A program made the translations under genes and the position numbers. Shown here piece by piece: positions 17,903 through 28,713 of a stretch of DNA of 42,169 nt. Source of the DNA: a virus (lineage: Duplodnaviria > Heunggongvirae > Uroviricota > Caudoviricetes); IMG/VR virus record IMGVR_UViG_2541047917_000006, positions 1-42,169 of that record. One strand, given 5' to 3'. The notes under the pieces are model-generated. The model was given only the letters and a program-made list of their open reading frames with translations, was not told the DNA's origin and did no database searches. Each line of letters starts with the position of its first letter. The stretch's first letter is position 1.

Positions 17903-18362
17903 TCAACGTAAGGCGTTCCTCGATATGCTGGCGTGGTCAGAGGGAACTGATAACGGACGTCAGAAAACCAGAAATCATGGTTATGACGTCATTGTAGGCG
18001 GAGAGCTATTCACTGATTACTCCGATCACCCTCGCAAACTTGTCACGCTAAACCCCAAACTCAAATCAACAGCAGCCGGACGTTACCAGCTTCTTTCCCG
18101 TTGGTGGGATGCCTATCGTAAGCAGCTTGGCCTGAAAGACTTCTCTCCGAAAAGCCAGGACGCTGTGGCACTGCAACAGATTAAAGAGCGTGGCGCTTTA
18201 CCGATGATTGATCGCGGTGATATCCGTCAGGCAATCGACCGTTGCAGCAATATCTGGGCTTCACTGCCGGGCGCTGGTTATGGTCAGTTCGAGCATAAGG
18301 CTGACAACCTGATTGCAAAATTCAAAGAAGCTGGCGGAACGGTCAGAGAGATTGAGGTATGA
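17886..18362 (+). CDS. R: Endolysin (lambda R-type lytic transglycosylase)
   Basis: 158-aa [45 protein letters not shown], matches lambda R from memory. Confidence 0.95.
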   Translation: MVEINNQRKAFLDMLAWSEGTDNGRQKTRNHGYDVIVGGELFTDYSDHPRKLVTLNPKLKSTAAGRYQLLSRWWDAYRKQLGLKDFSPKSQDAVALQQIKERGALPMIDRGDIRQAIDRCSNIWASLPGAGYGQFEHKADNLIAKFKEAGGTVREIEV

Positions 18363-18796
18363 GCAGAGTAACCGCGATTATCTCCGCTCTGGTTATCTGC
18401 ATCATCGTCTGCCTGTCATGGGCGGTCAATCATTACCGTGATAACGCCATCGCCTATAAAGAACAGCGCGATAAAGCCACGTACATCATCGCTGATATGC
18501 AGAAGCGTCAACGTGATGTAGCAGAACTCGACGCCAGATACACAAAGGAGCTTGCTGATGCTAACGCGACTATCGAAAGTCTCCGTGCTGATGTTTCTGC
18601 TGGGCGTAAGCGCCTGCAAGTCGCCGCCACCTGTGCAAAGTCAACGACCGGAGCCAGCAGCATGGGCGATGGAGAAAGCCCAAGACTTACAGCAGATGCT
18701 GAACTCAATTATTACCGTCTCCGAAGTGGAATCGACAAGATAACCGCGCAGGTTAACTACCTGCAGGAATACATCAGGACGCAATGCCTGAAATAA
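18359..18796 (+). CDS. Rz: Inner-membrane spanin Rz
   Basis: 145-aa [34 protein letters not shown], lambda Rz-like N-terminal TMD and coiled coil. Confidence 0.9.
   Translation: MSRVTAIISALVICIIVCLSWAVNHYRDNAIAYKEQRDKATYIIADMQKRQRDVAELDARYTKELADANATIESLRADVSAGRKRLQVAATCAKSTTGASSMGDGESPRLTADAELNYYRLRSGIDKITAQVNYLQEYIRTQCLK
18555..18743 (+). CDS. Rz1: Outer-membrane lipoprotein spanin Rz1 (embedded in Rz, +1 frame)
   Basis: Embedded ORF with lipobox LLGVSAC and Pro-rich mature region; ATG after AAGGAG. Confidence 0.8.
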   Translation: MMLTRLSKVSVLMFLLGVSACKSPPPVQSQRPEPAAWAMEKAQDLQQMLNSIITVSEVESTR

Positions 18797-18829
18797 TTTT
18801 TTTTGCAAATCACAAAGTCCATTTAATGA

Positions 18830-18853
18830 GCCTCGCGATGCGGGGCTTTTTTA
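18830..18853 (+). terminator. Terminator after the lysis cassette
   Basis: CCTCGC-GAT-GCGGGG hairpin followed by CTTTTTT. Confidence 0.5.
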
Positions 18854-18999
18854 TGTCCGCAGTAAACGCGCTTCACACGCGCGAGTTATGAACACAGAAC
18901 CTTTCAGGATGACCCTTGAGGATGCCGGTTTGGTAATCGGTGCCTTTCTGTGGGCCGGAATCCTGTGTGACAAGGTTCATCACTAAAAGGTGATCACTG

Positions 19000-19542
19000 A
19001 TGAAGTACCCAACTATCGTTAACGGCATCGATTTCCGAGATCTGATTTTTGTGGCAAACAACGATCCGGTTACAGATTCTTTTATGGTGGCAAAAGCATT
19101 TGGAAAGCTGCCGAAGAACGTAGTTCGTGACATTGAACGGACCATAGAAGCTTGCCCTCCTGAGTTTGATACAAAGCTCAACTTTGAGCTTTGCTATAAA
19201 AACAATGAGTTACAGAATGGTAAGCCGCAAAAATTCTACCGTCTCCGCAAGGATGGGTTGATGCTTTTGGTTATGTCCTACACCAAAAAAGAAGCAATGC
19301 GTATCAAAATTGCTTACATCAACGCATTCAACTGGATGTACGCCATGCTTCAGGTTGGTCATCGTCAATTTGAAGAAGAGAGAAATGCCGTAATGCTGGA
19401 GTACATGAAAGAGAAGGATGTTGCCAGCATGTCAGGCCGCCTGCTTAATCGCTGGGGAAAAATTAAGAAGCCTCAGCTACTGGCGAGAATTGAACGCCTT
19501 GAACAGCACGGGCAAACCGTAATCCCCGGACTCACCAATTAA
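19000..19542 (+). CDS. rha: Rha-family phage regulatory protein
   Basis: N-terminal FMVAKAFGKLPKNVVRDIERTI resembles the Rha-family signature (FGKRHDNVLRDI). Confidence 0.7.
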   Translation: MKYPTIVNGIDFRDLIFVANNDPVTDSFMVAKAFGKLPKNVVRDIERTIEACPPEFDTKLNFELCYKNNELQNGKPQKFYRLRKDGLMLLVMSYTKKEAMRIKIAYINAFNWMYAMLQVGHRQFEEERNAVMLEYMKEKDVASMSGRLLNRWGKIKKPQLLARIERLEQHGQTVIPGLTN

Positions 19543-19700
19543 CGGCAGTACAGCGAAACAACCCAAGCCAGAAAGTGGGGAAATAACACTGGCAGCCACT
19601 GAAAGATGAACCTCCAGCCTTATGGCAAAAAAGATTCTTTGTGGTGGCGGACTGATGGAAAGACATCCTAATCAAGCAACCACTCCACAGGGTCATAATT

Positions 19701-20072
19701 ATGAACGACCAGCAAATCGAAAAAGAAATCGATGAGAAAGGCAAAACGGCACCGCGCGTTACGCCAGACCATATCGAAGGCATTATTGCTCAGGAGGCAT
19801 ATTTCACAGCAGAGGATGGTGCCTTTGGCAAAGCCATAAAAGCGAAACATACTGGCGGAGAGGTAAACTACCAGCCGCACGAATCACTTTCTCTGCTGAC
19901 GTTCTGCGTCCTGGTGCTGCGCAACGGCTTCACCGTCACCGGAGAGAGTGCCTGTGCAAGCCCTGAAAACTTTGATGCAGAAATTGGTCGGAAGATTGCC
20001 CGGCAGAATGCTGTAAACAAAATCTGGATGCTCGAAGGTTACTTGCTGAAGCAGAAGCTAAGCGAACAGTAG
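19701..20072 (+). CDS. Gp49-like phage protein (N4 gp49 / Sf6 gp66 family), 123 aa
   Basis: Position between lysis and terminase genes in a P22/Sf6-like phage; family assignment from memory, moderate. Confidence 0.5.
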   Translation: MNDQQIEKEIDEKGKTAPRVTPDHIEGIIAQEAYFTAEDGAFGKAIKAKHTGGEVNYQPHESLSLLTFCVLVLRNGFTVTGESACASPENFDAEIGRKIARQNAVNKIWMLEGYLLKQKLSEQ

Positions 20073-20175
20073 TTATTACAAAAGCCATTCCCTACAGAGT
20101 GGCTTTGATAATGGCTTATACCCTACACGGGATAACTTAACTGATATCCCTTTTAACGGATAAACGGAGCCAACA

Positions 20176-20418
20176 ATGGCAGAGATTATTCCCATGACTG
20201 AAGAACAGAAATTCCAGTTAGAGATTTACAAACTGGTCATGAACCAGAACGCAGCCGCAGAGGAAGCATTTCAGTTCATTGGCACTGACGAGCTGAAGCT
20301 TGAGCTATTCAAAATTCACTTCCAGTCAGGCGGCGCTAATTCGGATATCACGATCCGCACATTCGAAGCGGTGCGTAAATCGAAGGAAGCGTTAGACCTG
20401 TTCACTACCGGAGCATAA
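20176..20418 (+). CDS. Hypothetical protein, 80 aa
   Basis: Intact ORF immediately upstream of terS. Confidence 0.5.
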   Translation: MAEIIPMTEEQKFQLEIYKLVMNQNAAAEEAFQFIGTDELKLELFKIHFQSGGANSDITIRTFEAVRKSKEALDLFTTGA

Positions 20419-20420
20419 AC

Positions 20421-20861
20421 ATGGCGCGCCCAACGAAGTATCAAGAGGCGTATGCCGAACAGGCACGCAAACTGTGCTTGCTGGGCTATACAGACGCCGA
20501 ACTCGCGGACTTCTTTGAAGTGAGCGAGGCAACAATCAACAATTGGAAATTGGAATATCCGGAGTTTTTAGAGTCCATAAAAAAGGGTAAGGCCGTCGCT
20601 GATGCAGAAGTTAGTGATCGTCTTTATCAACGCGCTATGGGCTTCGTGGCTCCAGACATCGATATTCGTGTTATTGAAAACAGAATTGTCGAAACTCCGC
20701 TTGAGAAGTATTACCCGCCTGATACAACCGCCGCCATCTTCTGGCTTAAGAACCGACAGAAGGATAAATGGCGCGACAAGGTTGATCACGAGCTAACAGG
20801 CAAAGACGGCGGCGCAATTCAGATTGAAACATCACCGATGAGCACTCTATTCGGAAAATGA
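20421..20861 (+). CDS. Terminase small subunit (Sf6 gp1-like C-terminus, distinct N-terminal DNA-binding domain)
   Basis: C-terminus ELTGKDGGAIQIETSPMSTLFGK matches the Sf6-type TerS C-terminus as I recall it; N-terminal HTH differs; ATGA-coupled to terL. Confidence 0.8.
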   Translation: MARPTKYQEAYAEQARKLCLLGYTDAELADFFEVSEATINNWKLEYPEFLESIKKGKAVADAEVSDRLYQRAMGFVAPDIDIRVIENRIVETPLEKYYPPDTTAAIFWLKNRQKDKWRDKVDHELTGKDGGAIQIETSPMSTLFGK

Positions 20862-22270
20862 CCTCGATTAATCCTATCTTTGAACCGTTCATTGAGGCGC
20901 ATCGCTACAAAGTCGCCAAAGGCGGTCGAGGTAGCGGTAAATCATGGGCAATTGCGAGGCTGCTTGTTGAAGCGGCGCGCCGACAGCCTGTGCGTATTCT
21001 CTGCGCTCGTGAACTGCAAAACAGTATCAGCGATTCGGTAATCAGGTTGCTTGAAGACACCATCGAGCGTGAAGGATATTCGGCTGAGTTTGAAATTCAG
21101 CGTTCAATGATTCGTCATCTCGGAACGAATGCTGAATTCATGTTCTACGGAATAAAAAACAACCCGACGAAGATTAAATCGCTCGAAGGTATTGATATCT
21201 GCTGGGTGGAAGAAGCGGAGGCGGTAACGAAGGAATCATGGGATATCCTGATACCAACCATCCGTAAGCCGTTCTCTGAAATATGGGTGAGCTTTAACCC
21301 GAAGAACATCCTCGACGATACCTATCAGCGATTCGTCGTAAATCCTCCTGATGATATTTGTCTGCTGACGGTGAACTACACCGACAACCCGCACTTTCCT
21401 GAAGTTCTCCGTCTGGAGATGGAAGAGTGTAAACGCAGAAATCCGACACTGTATCGTCACATCTGGCTTGGTGAGCCAGTAAGCGCAAGTGATATGGCAA
21501 TCATCAAACGTGAATGGCTTGAAGCCGCAACCGATGCGCACAAGAAACTAGGATGGAAAGCGAAAGGCGCTGTTGTTTCTGCACATGACCCGTCAGATAC
21601 AGGACCAGATGCTAAAGGTTATGCATCGCGTCACGGTTCGGTAGTTAAGCGCATTGCCGAAGGTCTGCTGATGGACATCAACGAGGGGGCTGACTGGGCT
21701 ACTTCGCTGGCGATTGAAGACGGCGCCGACCATTACCTGTGGGATGGTGATGGTGTTGGTGCGGGTCTACGCAGACAGACAACGGAAGCATTCTCCGGTA
21801 AGAAAATCACCGCCACGATGTTCAAGGGCAGCGAATCGCCATTCGATGAAGATGCACCGTATCAGGCCGGAGCATGGGCTGATGAAGTAGTACAGGGCGA
21901 CAACGTTCGCACTATTGGCGATGTATTCCGCAATAAGCGAGCGCAGTTCTATTACACGCTGGCTGACAGGCTTTATCGAACATACCGGGCGGTAGAGCAT
22001 GGTGAATACGCCGACCCTGATGAAATGCTTAGCTTTGACAAAGAGGCTATTGGAGAGAATATCCTCAACAAGCTATTCGCAGAGCTAACGCAGATCCAAC
22101 GCAAATTCAACGGCAACGGAAAGCTTGAGCTGATGACCAAAGTCGAAATGAGGCAGAAGCTCGGTATTCCATCTCCTAACCTGGCTGATGCGCTGATGAT
22201 GTGTATGCATTGCCCGGCATTGGTCCGCGAAGAAACAGAAATATACGTTCCCTCATCCTCCGGTTGGTAA
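20858..22270 (+). CDS. Terminase large subunit (Sf6 gp2-like)
   Basis: 470-aa ORF MTSINPIFEPFIEAHRYKVAKGGRGSGKSWAIARLL (Walker A); matches Sf6 TerL from memory. Confidence 0.95.
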   Translation: MTSINPIFEPFIEAHRYKVAKGGRGSGKSWAIARLLVEAARRQPVRILCARELQNSISDSVIRLLEDTIEREGYSAEFEIQRSMIRHLGTNAEFMFYGIKNNPTKIKSLEGIDICWVEEAEAVTKESWDILIPTIRKPFSEIWVSFNPKNILDDTYQRFVVNPPDDICLLTVNYTDNPHFPEVLRLEMEECKRRNPTLYRHIWLGEPVSASDMAIIKREWLEAATDAHKKLGWKAKGAVVSAHDPSDTGPDAKGYASRHGSVVKRIAEGLLMDINEGADWATSLAIEDGADHYLWDGDGVGAGLRRQTTEAFSGKKITATMFKGSESPFDEDAPYQAGAWADEVVQGDNVRTIGDVFRNKRAQFYYTLADRLYRTYRAVEHGEYADPDEMLSFDKEAIGENILNKLFAELTQIQRKFNGNGKLELMTKVEMRQKLGIPSPNLADALMMCMHCPALVREETEIYVPSSSGW

Positions 22271-22272
22271 AC

Positions 22273-24399
22273 ATGGCAGAGACATTAGAGAAAAAACATG
22301 AGCGGATCATGCTCAGGTTTGACCGCGCCTATTCTCCACAGCAGGAAGTGCGCGAAAAGTGCATTGAAGCTACGAGGTTTGCTCGTGTCCCCGGAGGTCA
22401 ATGGGAAGGAGCAACGGCGGCTGGAACTAAGCTTGATGAGCAGTTCGAGAAGTATCCTAAGTTTGAAATCAATAAGGTAGCAACTGAACTTAACCGCATC
22501 ATTGCAGAATACCGCAATAACAGAATCACCGTTAAGTTTCGTCCTGGTGACAGAGAGGCAAGCGAAGAGTTAGCCAATAAATTAAATGGTCTGTTCCGTG
22601 CTGACTACGAAGAAACTGATGGCGGTGAGGCTTGCGATAATGCATTTGACGACGCTGCTACTGGTGGTTTCGGTTGCTTCCGTTTGACGTCTATGCTGGT
22701 CAATGAATACGACCCCATGGACGATCGTCAGCGCATTGCTATTGAACCAATATACGACCCGTCGCGCTCTGTGTGGTTTGACCCTGACGCTAAGAAGTAC
22801 GACAAATCAGACGCGTTGTGGGCGTTCTGCATGTATTCGTTGTCACCTGAAAAATATGAGGCTGAATACGGAAAGAAACCTCCTGCTTCTCTGGATGTAA
22901 CGTCTATGACCAGTTGGGAATATGACTGGTTTGATGAAGATGTTATTTACATAGCGAAGTATTACGAAGTTCGTAAAGAGTCTGTTGACGTCATCAGTTA
23001 TCGACATCCAATCACTGGAGAGATTGCAACATACGATAGTGATCAGGTTGAAGATATTGAAGATGAACTGGCAATAGCTGGATTTCAGGAAGTGGCAAGG
23101 CGCTCAGTGAAGCGCCGTCGTGTGTATGTATCCGTAGTGGATGGTGATGGTTTCCTTGAGAAACCTCGACGTATTCCTGGTGAGCATATCCCCCTCATTC
23201 CGGTTTATGGAAAACGCTGGTTCATTGATGACATTGAGCGTGTCGAAGGGCACATTGCAAAAGCAATGGATCCACAGCGTTTGTACAACGTTCAGGTTTC
23301 AATGCTGGCTGATACTGCAACGCAAGAACCCGGTCAGATCCCTATAGTTGGCATGGAGCAAATTCGTGGACTTGAGAAGCACTGGGAGGCTCGCAACAAG
23401 AAACGACCAGCGTTCTTGCCGTTGCGCGAAGTGAGAGATAAATATGGCAACATCATCGCTGGAGCTACCCCAGCAGGATATACACAGCCTGCGGTTATGA
23501 ATCAGGCATTGGCTGTATTACTACAGCAAACCAGTGCTGATATTCAGGAGGTTACAGGCGGCAGTCAGGCCATGCAGCAGATGCCAAGTAATATTGCTCA
23601 GGAAACGGTTAACAACTTGATGAACAGAGCAGATATGGCTTCGTTTATCTATCTGGACAATATGGCGAAAAGTCTTAAACGCGCTGGTGAAGTATGGCTG
23701 TCAATGGCGCGTGAAGTGTACGGTTCAGAACGTGAAGTGCGCATCGTTAACGAAGATGGAAGTGATGATATCGCTGTCCTGAGCGCACAGGTTGTTGACA
23801 GGCAAACAGGGGCTGTTGTTGCGTTAAATGACCTTTCTGTCGGTCGATACGATGTGAAAGTTGATGTTGGACCAAGCTACACAGCACGACGTGATGCAAC
23901 GGTTTCTGTACTGACAAATGTCCTTAGCTCTATGCTTCCAACGGACCCAATGCGCCCGGCAATTCAGGGTATTATTCTGGACAATATCGATGGCGAAGGC
24001 CTTGATGACTTCAAAGAGTACAACCGAAACCAACTGCTGATATCTGGTATTGCAAAACCACGCAATGAGAAAGAGCAGCAGATTGTTCAACAGGCGCAAA
24101 TGGCAGCACAAAGCCAGCCAAATCCTGAAATGGTTCTCGCTCAGGCGCAAATGGTAGCAGCGCAGGCAGAAGCGCAAAAAGCAACTAACGAAACTGCTCA
24201 AACTCAAATCAAAGCATTTACTGCCCAGCAGGATGCGATGGAGAGTCAGGCAAACACTGTCTATAAATTGGCTCAAGCCAGAAACATCGATGACAAAGCA
24301 GTGATGGAGGCAATACGCCTTCTGAAAGATGTCGCCGAGTCACAACAACAGCAATTCCAGTCACCACCACAGTCACCGGCAGACTTAATGCCGAGTTAA
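22273..24399 (+). CDS. Portal protein (Sf6 gp3-like, 708 aa)
   Basis: Start reassigned to MAETLEKKHERIMLRF just after the terL stop; size and position fit the Sf6/P22 portal. Confidence 0.9.
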   Translation: MAETLEKKHERIMLRFDRAYSPQQEVREKCIEATRFARVPGGQWEGATAAGTKLDEQFEKYPKFEINKVATELNRIIAEYRNNRITVKFRPGDREASEELANKLNGLFRADYEETDGGEACDNAFDDAATGGFGCFRLTSMLVNEYDPMDDRQRIAIEPIYDPSRSVWFDPDAKKYDKSDALWAFCMYSLSPEKYEAEYGKKPPASLDVTSMTSWEYDWFDEDVIYIAKYYEVRKESVDVISYRHPITGEIATYDSDQVEDIEDELAIAGFQEVARRSVKRRRVYVSVVDGDGFLEKPRRIPGEHIPLIPVYGKRWFIDDIERVEGHIAKAMDPQRLYNVQVSMLADTATQEPGQIPIVGMEQIRGLEKHWEARNKKRPAFLPLREVRDKYGNIIAGATPAGYTQPAVMNQALAVLLQQTSADIQEVTGGSQAMQQMPSNIAQETVNNLMNRADMASFIYLDNMAKSLKRAGEVWLSMAREVYGSEREVRIVNEDGSDDIAVLSAQVVDRQTGAVVALNDLSVGRYDVKVDVGPSYTARRDATVSVLTNVLSSMLPTDPMRPAIQGIILDNIDGEGLDDFKEYNRNQLLISGIAKPRNEKEQQIVQQAQMAAQSQPNPEMVLAQAQMVAAQAEAQKATNETAQTQIKAFTAQQDAMESQANTVYKLAQARNIDDKAVMEAIRLLKDVAESQQQQFQSPPQSPADLMPS

Positions 24400-24412
24400 C
24401 CAGGAGTAATCA

Positions 24413-25297
24413 ATGGAAAACGAACTGATCATCGACGGTCAGGTTATTGGCCTGTCTGAAACACAGGAAAATGCAGAAGAAACCATCATCCAAACAGAGT
24501 CACAGCCTGAGAATGAAAGCCAGGATGACAACGGTAAAGAGGTGGCAACTGAGCCTGAAAAAACCGAAGAGACACCAGAAGATTACGCCTTGCGTATTGG
24601 TGATGAAGAAATTCAGCTTAACGCTGACGATGATGATCACATTGACGGGCAACCTGCACCGCAATGGGTGAAAGATCTTCGCAAAGGCTTCAAAGAAACA
24701 CAGAAAGAAAACCGTGAGTTGCGCCGCCAGCTTGAGGAAGCATTAGCCAAGCCTGCGGAACATCAGCAACCACAACCAGACGCTATTCCACCAAAACCGA
24801 CTCTTGAGTCGTGTGATTATGACGAACAGGCGTTTGAACAGGCATTGACTGATTGGCATGAGAAAAAAGGCCGTGTCGAACAGCAGCAGCAACAAAAACT
24901 ACGTCAGCAACAGGAATACCAACAGCGTTTCCAGCAAAGGGTAGAAGCGCATAAACAACGGGCAGCCAAACTTCCTGTGAAAGATTATCAGGAAATGGAG
25001 GCCATTGTTCTTAGTGAGCTACCACCAATTCAGCAGGAAATCATCATTCACTGTGCAGACGAAGGCTCTGAACTACTCGCCTATGGCTTAGGTAAGAGCC
25101 AGCAATTACGCCAGCGTGTAGCCGCTGAGACAGATCCAATTCGCGCAGCATTCCTCTTGGGGCAGATTAGCAAACAGGTAAGCCTTGCTCCAAAACCAAA
25201 GAAAGCCATCAAGCCAGAGCCGGAAGTACGTGGTGGCGGTGCTGATGCGAAACAAGACGAATTCAACAAATTATGCCCCGGCGCAAAAATCGAATAA
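24413..25297 (+). CDS. Scaffolding protein
   Basis: 294-aa acidic, Gln-rich, helical protein between portal and coat. Confidence 0.85.
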   Translation: MENELIIDGQVIGLSETQENAEETIIQTESQPENESQDDNGKEVATEPEKTEETPEDYALRIGDEEIQLNADDDDHIDGQPAPQWVKDLRKGFKETQKENRELRRQLEEALAKPAEHQQPQPDAIPPKPTLESCDYDEQAFEQALTDWHEKKGRVEQQQQQKLRQQQEYQQRFQQRVEAHKQRAAKLPVKDYQEMEAIVLSELPPIQQEIIIHCADEGSELLAYGLGKSQQLRQRVAAETDPIRAAFLLGQISKQVSLAPKPKKAIKPEPEVRGGGADAKQDEFNKLCPGAKIE

Positions 25298-25308
25298 GGA
25301 AAAGATAA

Positions 25309-26580
25309 ATGCCTAACAATCTCGACAGTAACGTCAGTCAAATCGTTCTGAAAAAATTCCTTCCGGGTTTTATGTCAGATTTAGTTCTGGCGAAAACCGT
25401 AGACCGTCAGTTGCTGGCAGGTGAAATCAACTCCAGCACTGGCGATAGCGTTAGCTTTAAACGTCCGCATCAATTCTCATCCCTCCGTACTCCCACTGGT
25501 GATATTTCAGGGAAAAATAAAAACAACCTGATCTCAGGTAAAGCTACGGGGCGTGTAGGTAACTACATCACTGTTGCTGTTGAATATCAGCAACTGGAGG
25601 AAGCTATCAAGCTTAACCAACTGGAGAAAATTCTCGCGCCGGTTCGCCAGCGAATCGTTACCGACCTTGAAACAGAGCTTGCTCACTTCATGATGAATAA
25701 CGGTGCGTTGTCACTTGGTAGCCCCAATACTCCAATCACCAAATGGTCTGATGTTGCGCAGACGGCATCTTTCCTGAAAGACCTCGGCGTTAATGAAGGT
25801 GAAAACTATGCTGTAATGGATCCATGGTCTGCACAGCGACTTGCTGATGCGCAGACTGGTTTGCACGCTTCAGATCAATTGGTTCGTACTGCATGGGAGA
25901 ATGCACAGATCCCAACCAATTTTGGCGGCATTCGCGCACTGATGTCTAATGGGCTTGCCTCTCGTACGCAGGGGGCATTTGGCGGAACACTGACAGTCAA
26001 AACACAGCCAACTGTTACCTATAACGCAGTTAAAGACTCATACCAGTTCACTGTAACATTGACCGGAGCGACAGCCAGCGTTACAGGTTTTCTGAAAGCT
26101 GGTGATCAGGTTAAATTCACCAATACCTACTGGCTGCAACAGCAGACCAAACAGGCGTTGTATAACGGAGCCACACCAATTAGCTTCACTGCAACGGTTA
26201 CTGCTGATGCTAATTCAGACAGCAGTGGCAATGTGACGGTTACGCTTTCTGGTGTTCCGATTTATGACACTACAAACCCGCAGTACAACTCTGTAAGTCG
26301 TCAGGTAGCGGCAAACGATGCCGTATCTGTAGTAGGCACTGCTAGCCAGACAATGAAGCCAAACCTGTTCTATAACAAGTTCTTCTGTGGACTTGGCTCT
26401 ATCCCACTGCCGAAACTGCACAGTATTGATTCTGCTGTTGCAACATATGAAGGTTTCTCCATCCGCGTACATAAATACGCAGATGGCGATGCCAACGTGC
26501 AAAAAATGCGCTTTGACTTACTGCCTGCATATGTGTGCTTTAACCCTCACATGGGCGGTCAGTTCTTCGGTAATCCGTAA
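25309..26580 (+). CDS. Major capsid (coat) protein, Sf6/P22 type
   Basis: 423-aa ORF after scaffold, followed by a strong terminator. Confidence 0.9.
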   Translation: MPNNLDSNVSQIVLKKFLPGFMSDLVLAKTVDRQLLAGEINSSTGDSVSFKRPHQFSSLRTPTGDISGKNKNNLISGKATGRVGNYITVAVEYQQLEEAIKLNQLEKILAPVRQRIVTDLETELAHFMMNNGALSLGSPNTPITKWSDVAQTASFLKDLGVNEGENYAVMDPWSAQRLADAQTGLHASDQLVRTAWENAQIPTNFGGIRALMSNGLASRTQGAFGGTLTVKTQPTVTYNAVKDSYQFTVTLTGATASVTGFLKAGDQVKFTNTYWLQQQTKQALYNGATPISFTATVTADANSDSSGNVTVTLSGVPIYDTTNPQYNSVSRQVAANDAVSVVGTASQTMKPNLFYNKFFCGLGSIPLPKLHSIDSAVATYEGFSIRVHKYADGDANVQKMRFDLLPAYVCFNPHMGGQFFGNP

Positions 26581-26584
26581 TAAC

Positions 26585-26606
26585 AAGGGGCTTACGCCCC
26601 TTTTAT
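26585..26606 (+). terminator. Rho-independent terminator after coat
   Basis: AAGGGGC-TTAC-GCCCCTT hairpin plus TTT. Confidence 0.65.
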
Positions 26607-26622
26607 GTTTTAAGGAAACAAT

Positions 26623-26808
26623 ATGGATCGCATGAGTGTATTCCTTGCCGCAGATAACGAACCCGGGCATGTACAGGCCGTTATCGCAGAAAAAGACTTC
26701 CAGTTTTTCGAAAAGTTGGGCTTTGTTGCCTCAGTTGATGAATTGAAACCGACCAGTAAGCGAGGTCGTAAGGCGGCAGACAATGGCAACAGTACTGACA
26801 AAGGGTGA
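26623..26808 (+). CDS. Hypothetical small protein, 61 aa
   Basis: ORF between coat and gp4-like gene. Confidence 0.45.
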   Translation: MDRMSVFLAADNEPGHVQAVIAEKDFQFFEKLGFVASVDELKPTSKRGRKAADNGNSTDKG

Positions 26809-27265
26809 GATCGTCCTTTTTGCGCTTCGTAAGTTTGCTATTGCTTCTAACGCATCGCTGACTGATGTTGAGCCGCAATCAATTGAAGATGGTGTAAATG
26901 ATCTGGAAGATATGATGTCCGAGTGGATGATTAACCCCGGCGACATTGGTTACGCTTTCGCAACTGGAGATGAGCAGCCATTACCAGATGATGAGTCAGG
27001 TCTTCCAAGAAAATACAAACACGCAGTAGGCTATCAGTTATTGCTGAGAATGCTATCTGATTACAGCCTTGAACCAACTCCGCAAGTTCTCAGTAACGCC
27101 CAACGCTCATATGATGCCTTGATGACCGACACTCTGGTTGTTCCTTCAATACGACGACGTGGAGATTTTCCTGTAGGACAGGGTAATAAATATGACGTGT
27201 TCACATCTGACCGATATTATCCAGGCGATCTCCCTCTGATTGATGGCGATATCCCAAACGCATAG
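26783..27265 (+). CDS. Tail accessory / head completion protein (P22 gp4-like)
   Basis: 160 aa; [34 protein letters not shown] parallels P22 gp4 ([34 protein letters not shown]). Confidence 0.85.
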   Translation: [160 protein letters not shown]

Positions 27266-27273
27266 GTGAATAA

Positions 27274-28692
27274 ATGCCTATTCAGCAACTTCCGCTTATG
27301 AAAGGTGTCGGCAAAGACTTCCGAAACGCCGACTATATCGACTATCTGCCAGTGAATATGCTGGCTACACCCAAAGAAATCCTGAACAGCAGCGGATATC
27401 TTCGCTCATTCCCGGGCATTGCCAAACGTTCTGATGTGAACGGTGTATCGCGGGGCGTCGAGTACAACATGGCGCAGAATGCTGTTTATCGTGTGTGTGG
27501 TGGCAAGCTCTACAAAGGAGAAAGTGAAGTCGGTGATGTTGCCGGAAGTGGTCGCGTATCAATGGCGCATGGTCGGACATCACAGGCGGTAGGCGTTAAT
27601 GGTCAACTGGTCGAGTATCGTTATGATGGCACGGTTAAAACCGTCTCAAACTGGCCTACAGACAGCGGATTCACGCAGTATGAATTAGGATCAGTCCGTG
27701 ACATTACGCGCTTACGTGGGCGTTATGCGTGGTCAAAAGACGGAACTGATTCATGGTTTATCACTGACCTTGAAGACGAATCGCATCCTGACCGTTACAG
27801 CGCACAATATCGCGCAGAATCGCAGCCGGATGGCATCATCGGTATCGGAACATGGCGAGACTTCATCGTCTGCTTTGGTTCATCGACGATTGAATATTTT
27901 TCCCTGACTGGGGCAACCACCGTTGGTGCTGCTTTGTATGTCGCCCAGCCATCGTTAATGGTGCAGAAAGGCATTGCCGGAACCTACTGCAAAACGCAGT
28001 TTGCTGATTCGTATGCGTTCATCAGCAATCCGGCAACGGGTGCGCCGTCTGTATACATCATCGGCTCCGGTCAGGTATCACCAATCGCCAGCGCGAGTAT
28101 TGAGAAAATACTACGCTCCTACACTGCTGATGAACTGGCTGATGGTGTGATGGAATCGTTGCGGTTTGATGCGCATGAGCTGCTGATTATTCACCTGCCG
28201 CGCCACGTCCTCGTATACGACGCATCTTCAAGCTCCAATGGTCCGCAATGGTGTGTACTGAAAACAGGCCTGTATGACGATGTGTACCGCGCTATCGACT
28301 TCATTTACGAAGGCAATCAGATAACGTGCGGCGATAAGCTGGAGTCCGTGACCGGGAAATTGCAATTCGATATATCTTCACAATACGAAAAACAACAAGA
28401 GCATATTTTATATTCCCCTCTAATAAAGGCTGATAACGTTTTAATAAATGACCTTGAATTAGAAACATCTGGCGGCGTGTGTGATAGAATAGATAGAATA
28501 TTTATATCAGCCACTACAGACGGAATTAATTACGGTCATGAGCAAATGGTTGTATTACAAAAACCATTTGTATATGACAATCGCGTTTTATGGCGAAAAG
28601 TTGGTCGAGTTAGACGCCTCATTGGATTTAAATTCAGAGTTATTGCAAAAGGTCCTGTTACATTATCAGGCCTTTCTATTCGTGTAACATAA
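27274..28692 (+). CDS. Tail accessory protein (P22 gp10-like), 472 aa
   Basis: Size and position match P22 gp10; the last ~100 codons are AT-rich. Confidence 0.8.
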   Translation: MPIQQLPLMKGVGKDFRNADYIDYLPVNMLATPKEILNSSGYLRSFPGIAKRSDVNGVSRGVEYNMAQNAVYRVCGGKLYKGESEVGDVAGSGRVSMAHGRTSQAVGVNGQLVEYRYDGTVKTVSNWPTDSGFTQYELGSVRDITRLRGRYAWSKDGTDSWFITDLEDESHPDRYSAQYRAESQPDGIIGIGTWRDFIVCFGSSTIEYFSLTGATTVGAALYVAQPSLMVQKGIAGTYCKTQFADSYAFISNPATGAPSVYIIGSGQVSPIASASIEKILRSYTADELADGVMESLRFDAHELLIIHLPRHVLVYDASSSSNGPQWCVLKTGLYDDVYRAIDFIYEGNQITCGDKLESVTGKLQFDISSQYEKQQEHILYSPLIKADNVLINDLELETSGGVCDRIDRIFISATTDGINYGHEQMVVLQKPFVYDNRVLWRKVGRVRRLIGFKFRVIAKGPVTLSGLSIRVT

Positions 28693-28713
28693 ATCGAAAC
28701 TAAAGGAGTAGAT

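Noticed and set aside
18873-19181. 102-aa minus-strand ORF overlapping the Rha start
   Set aside because: Conflicts with the Rha-family gene, which has a recognisable N-terminal motif; no ribosome-binding site.
21236-24276. Antisense and alternative-frame ORFs inside the terminase large subunit and portal genes
   Set aside because: Embedded within confidently identified structural genes; the long 150-aa one inside portal has a Cys/Leu-rich artefactual composition.
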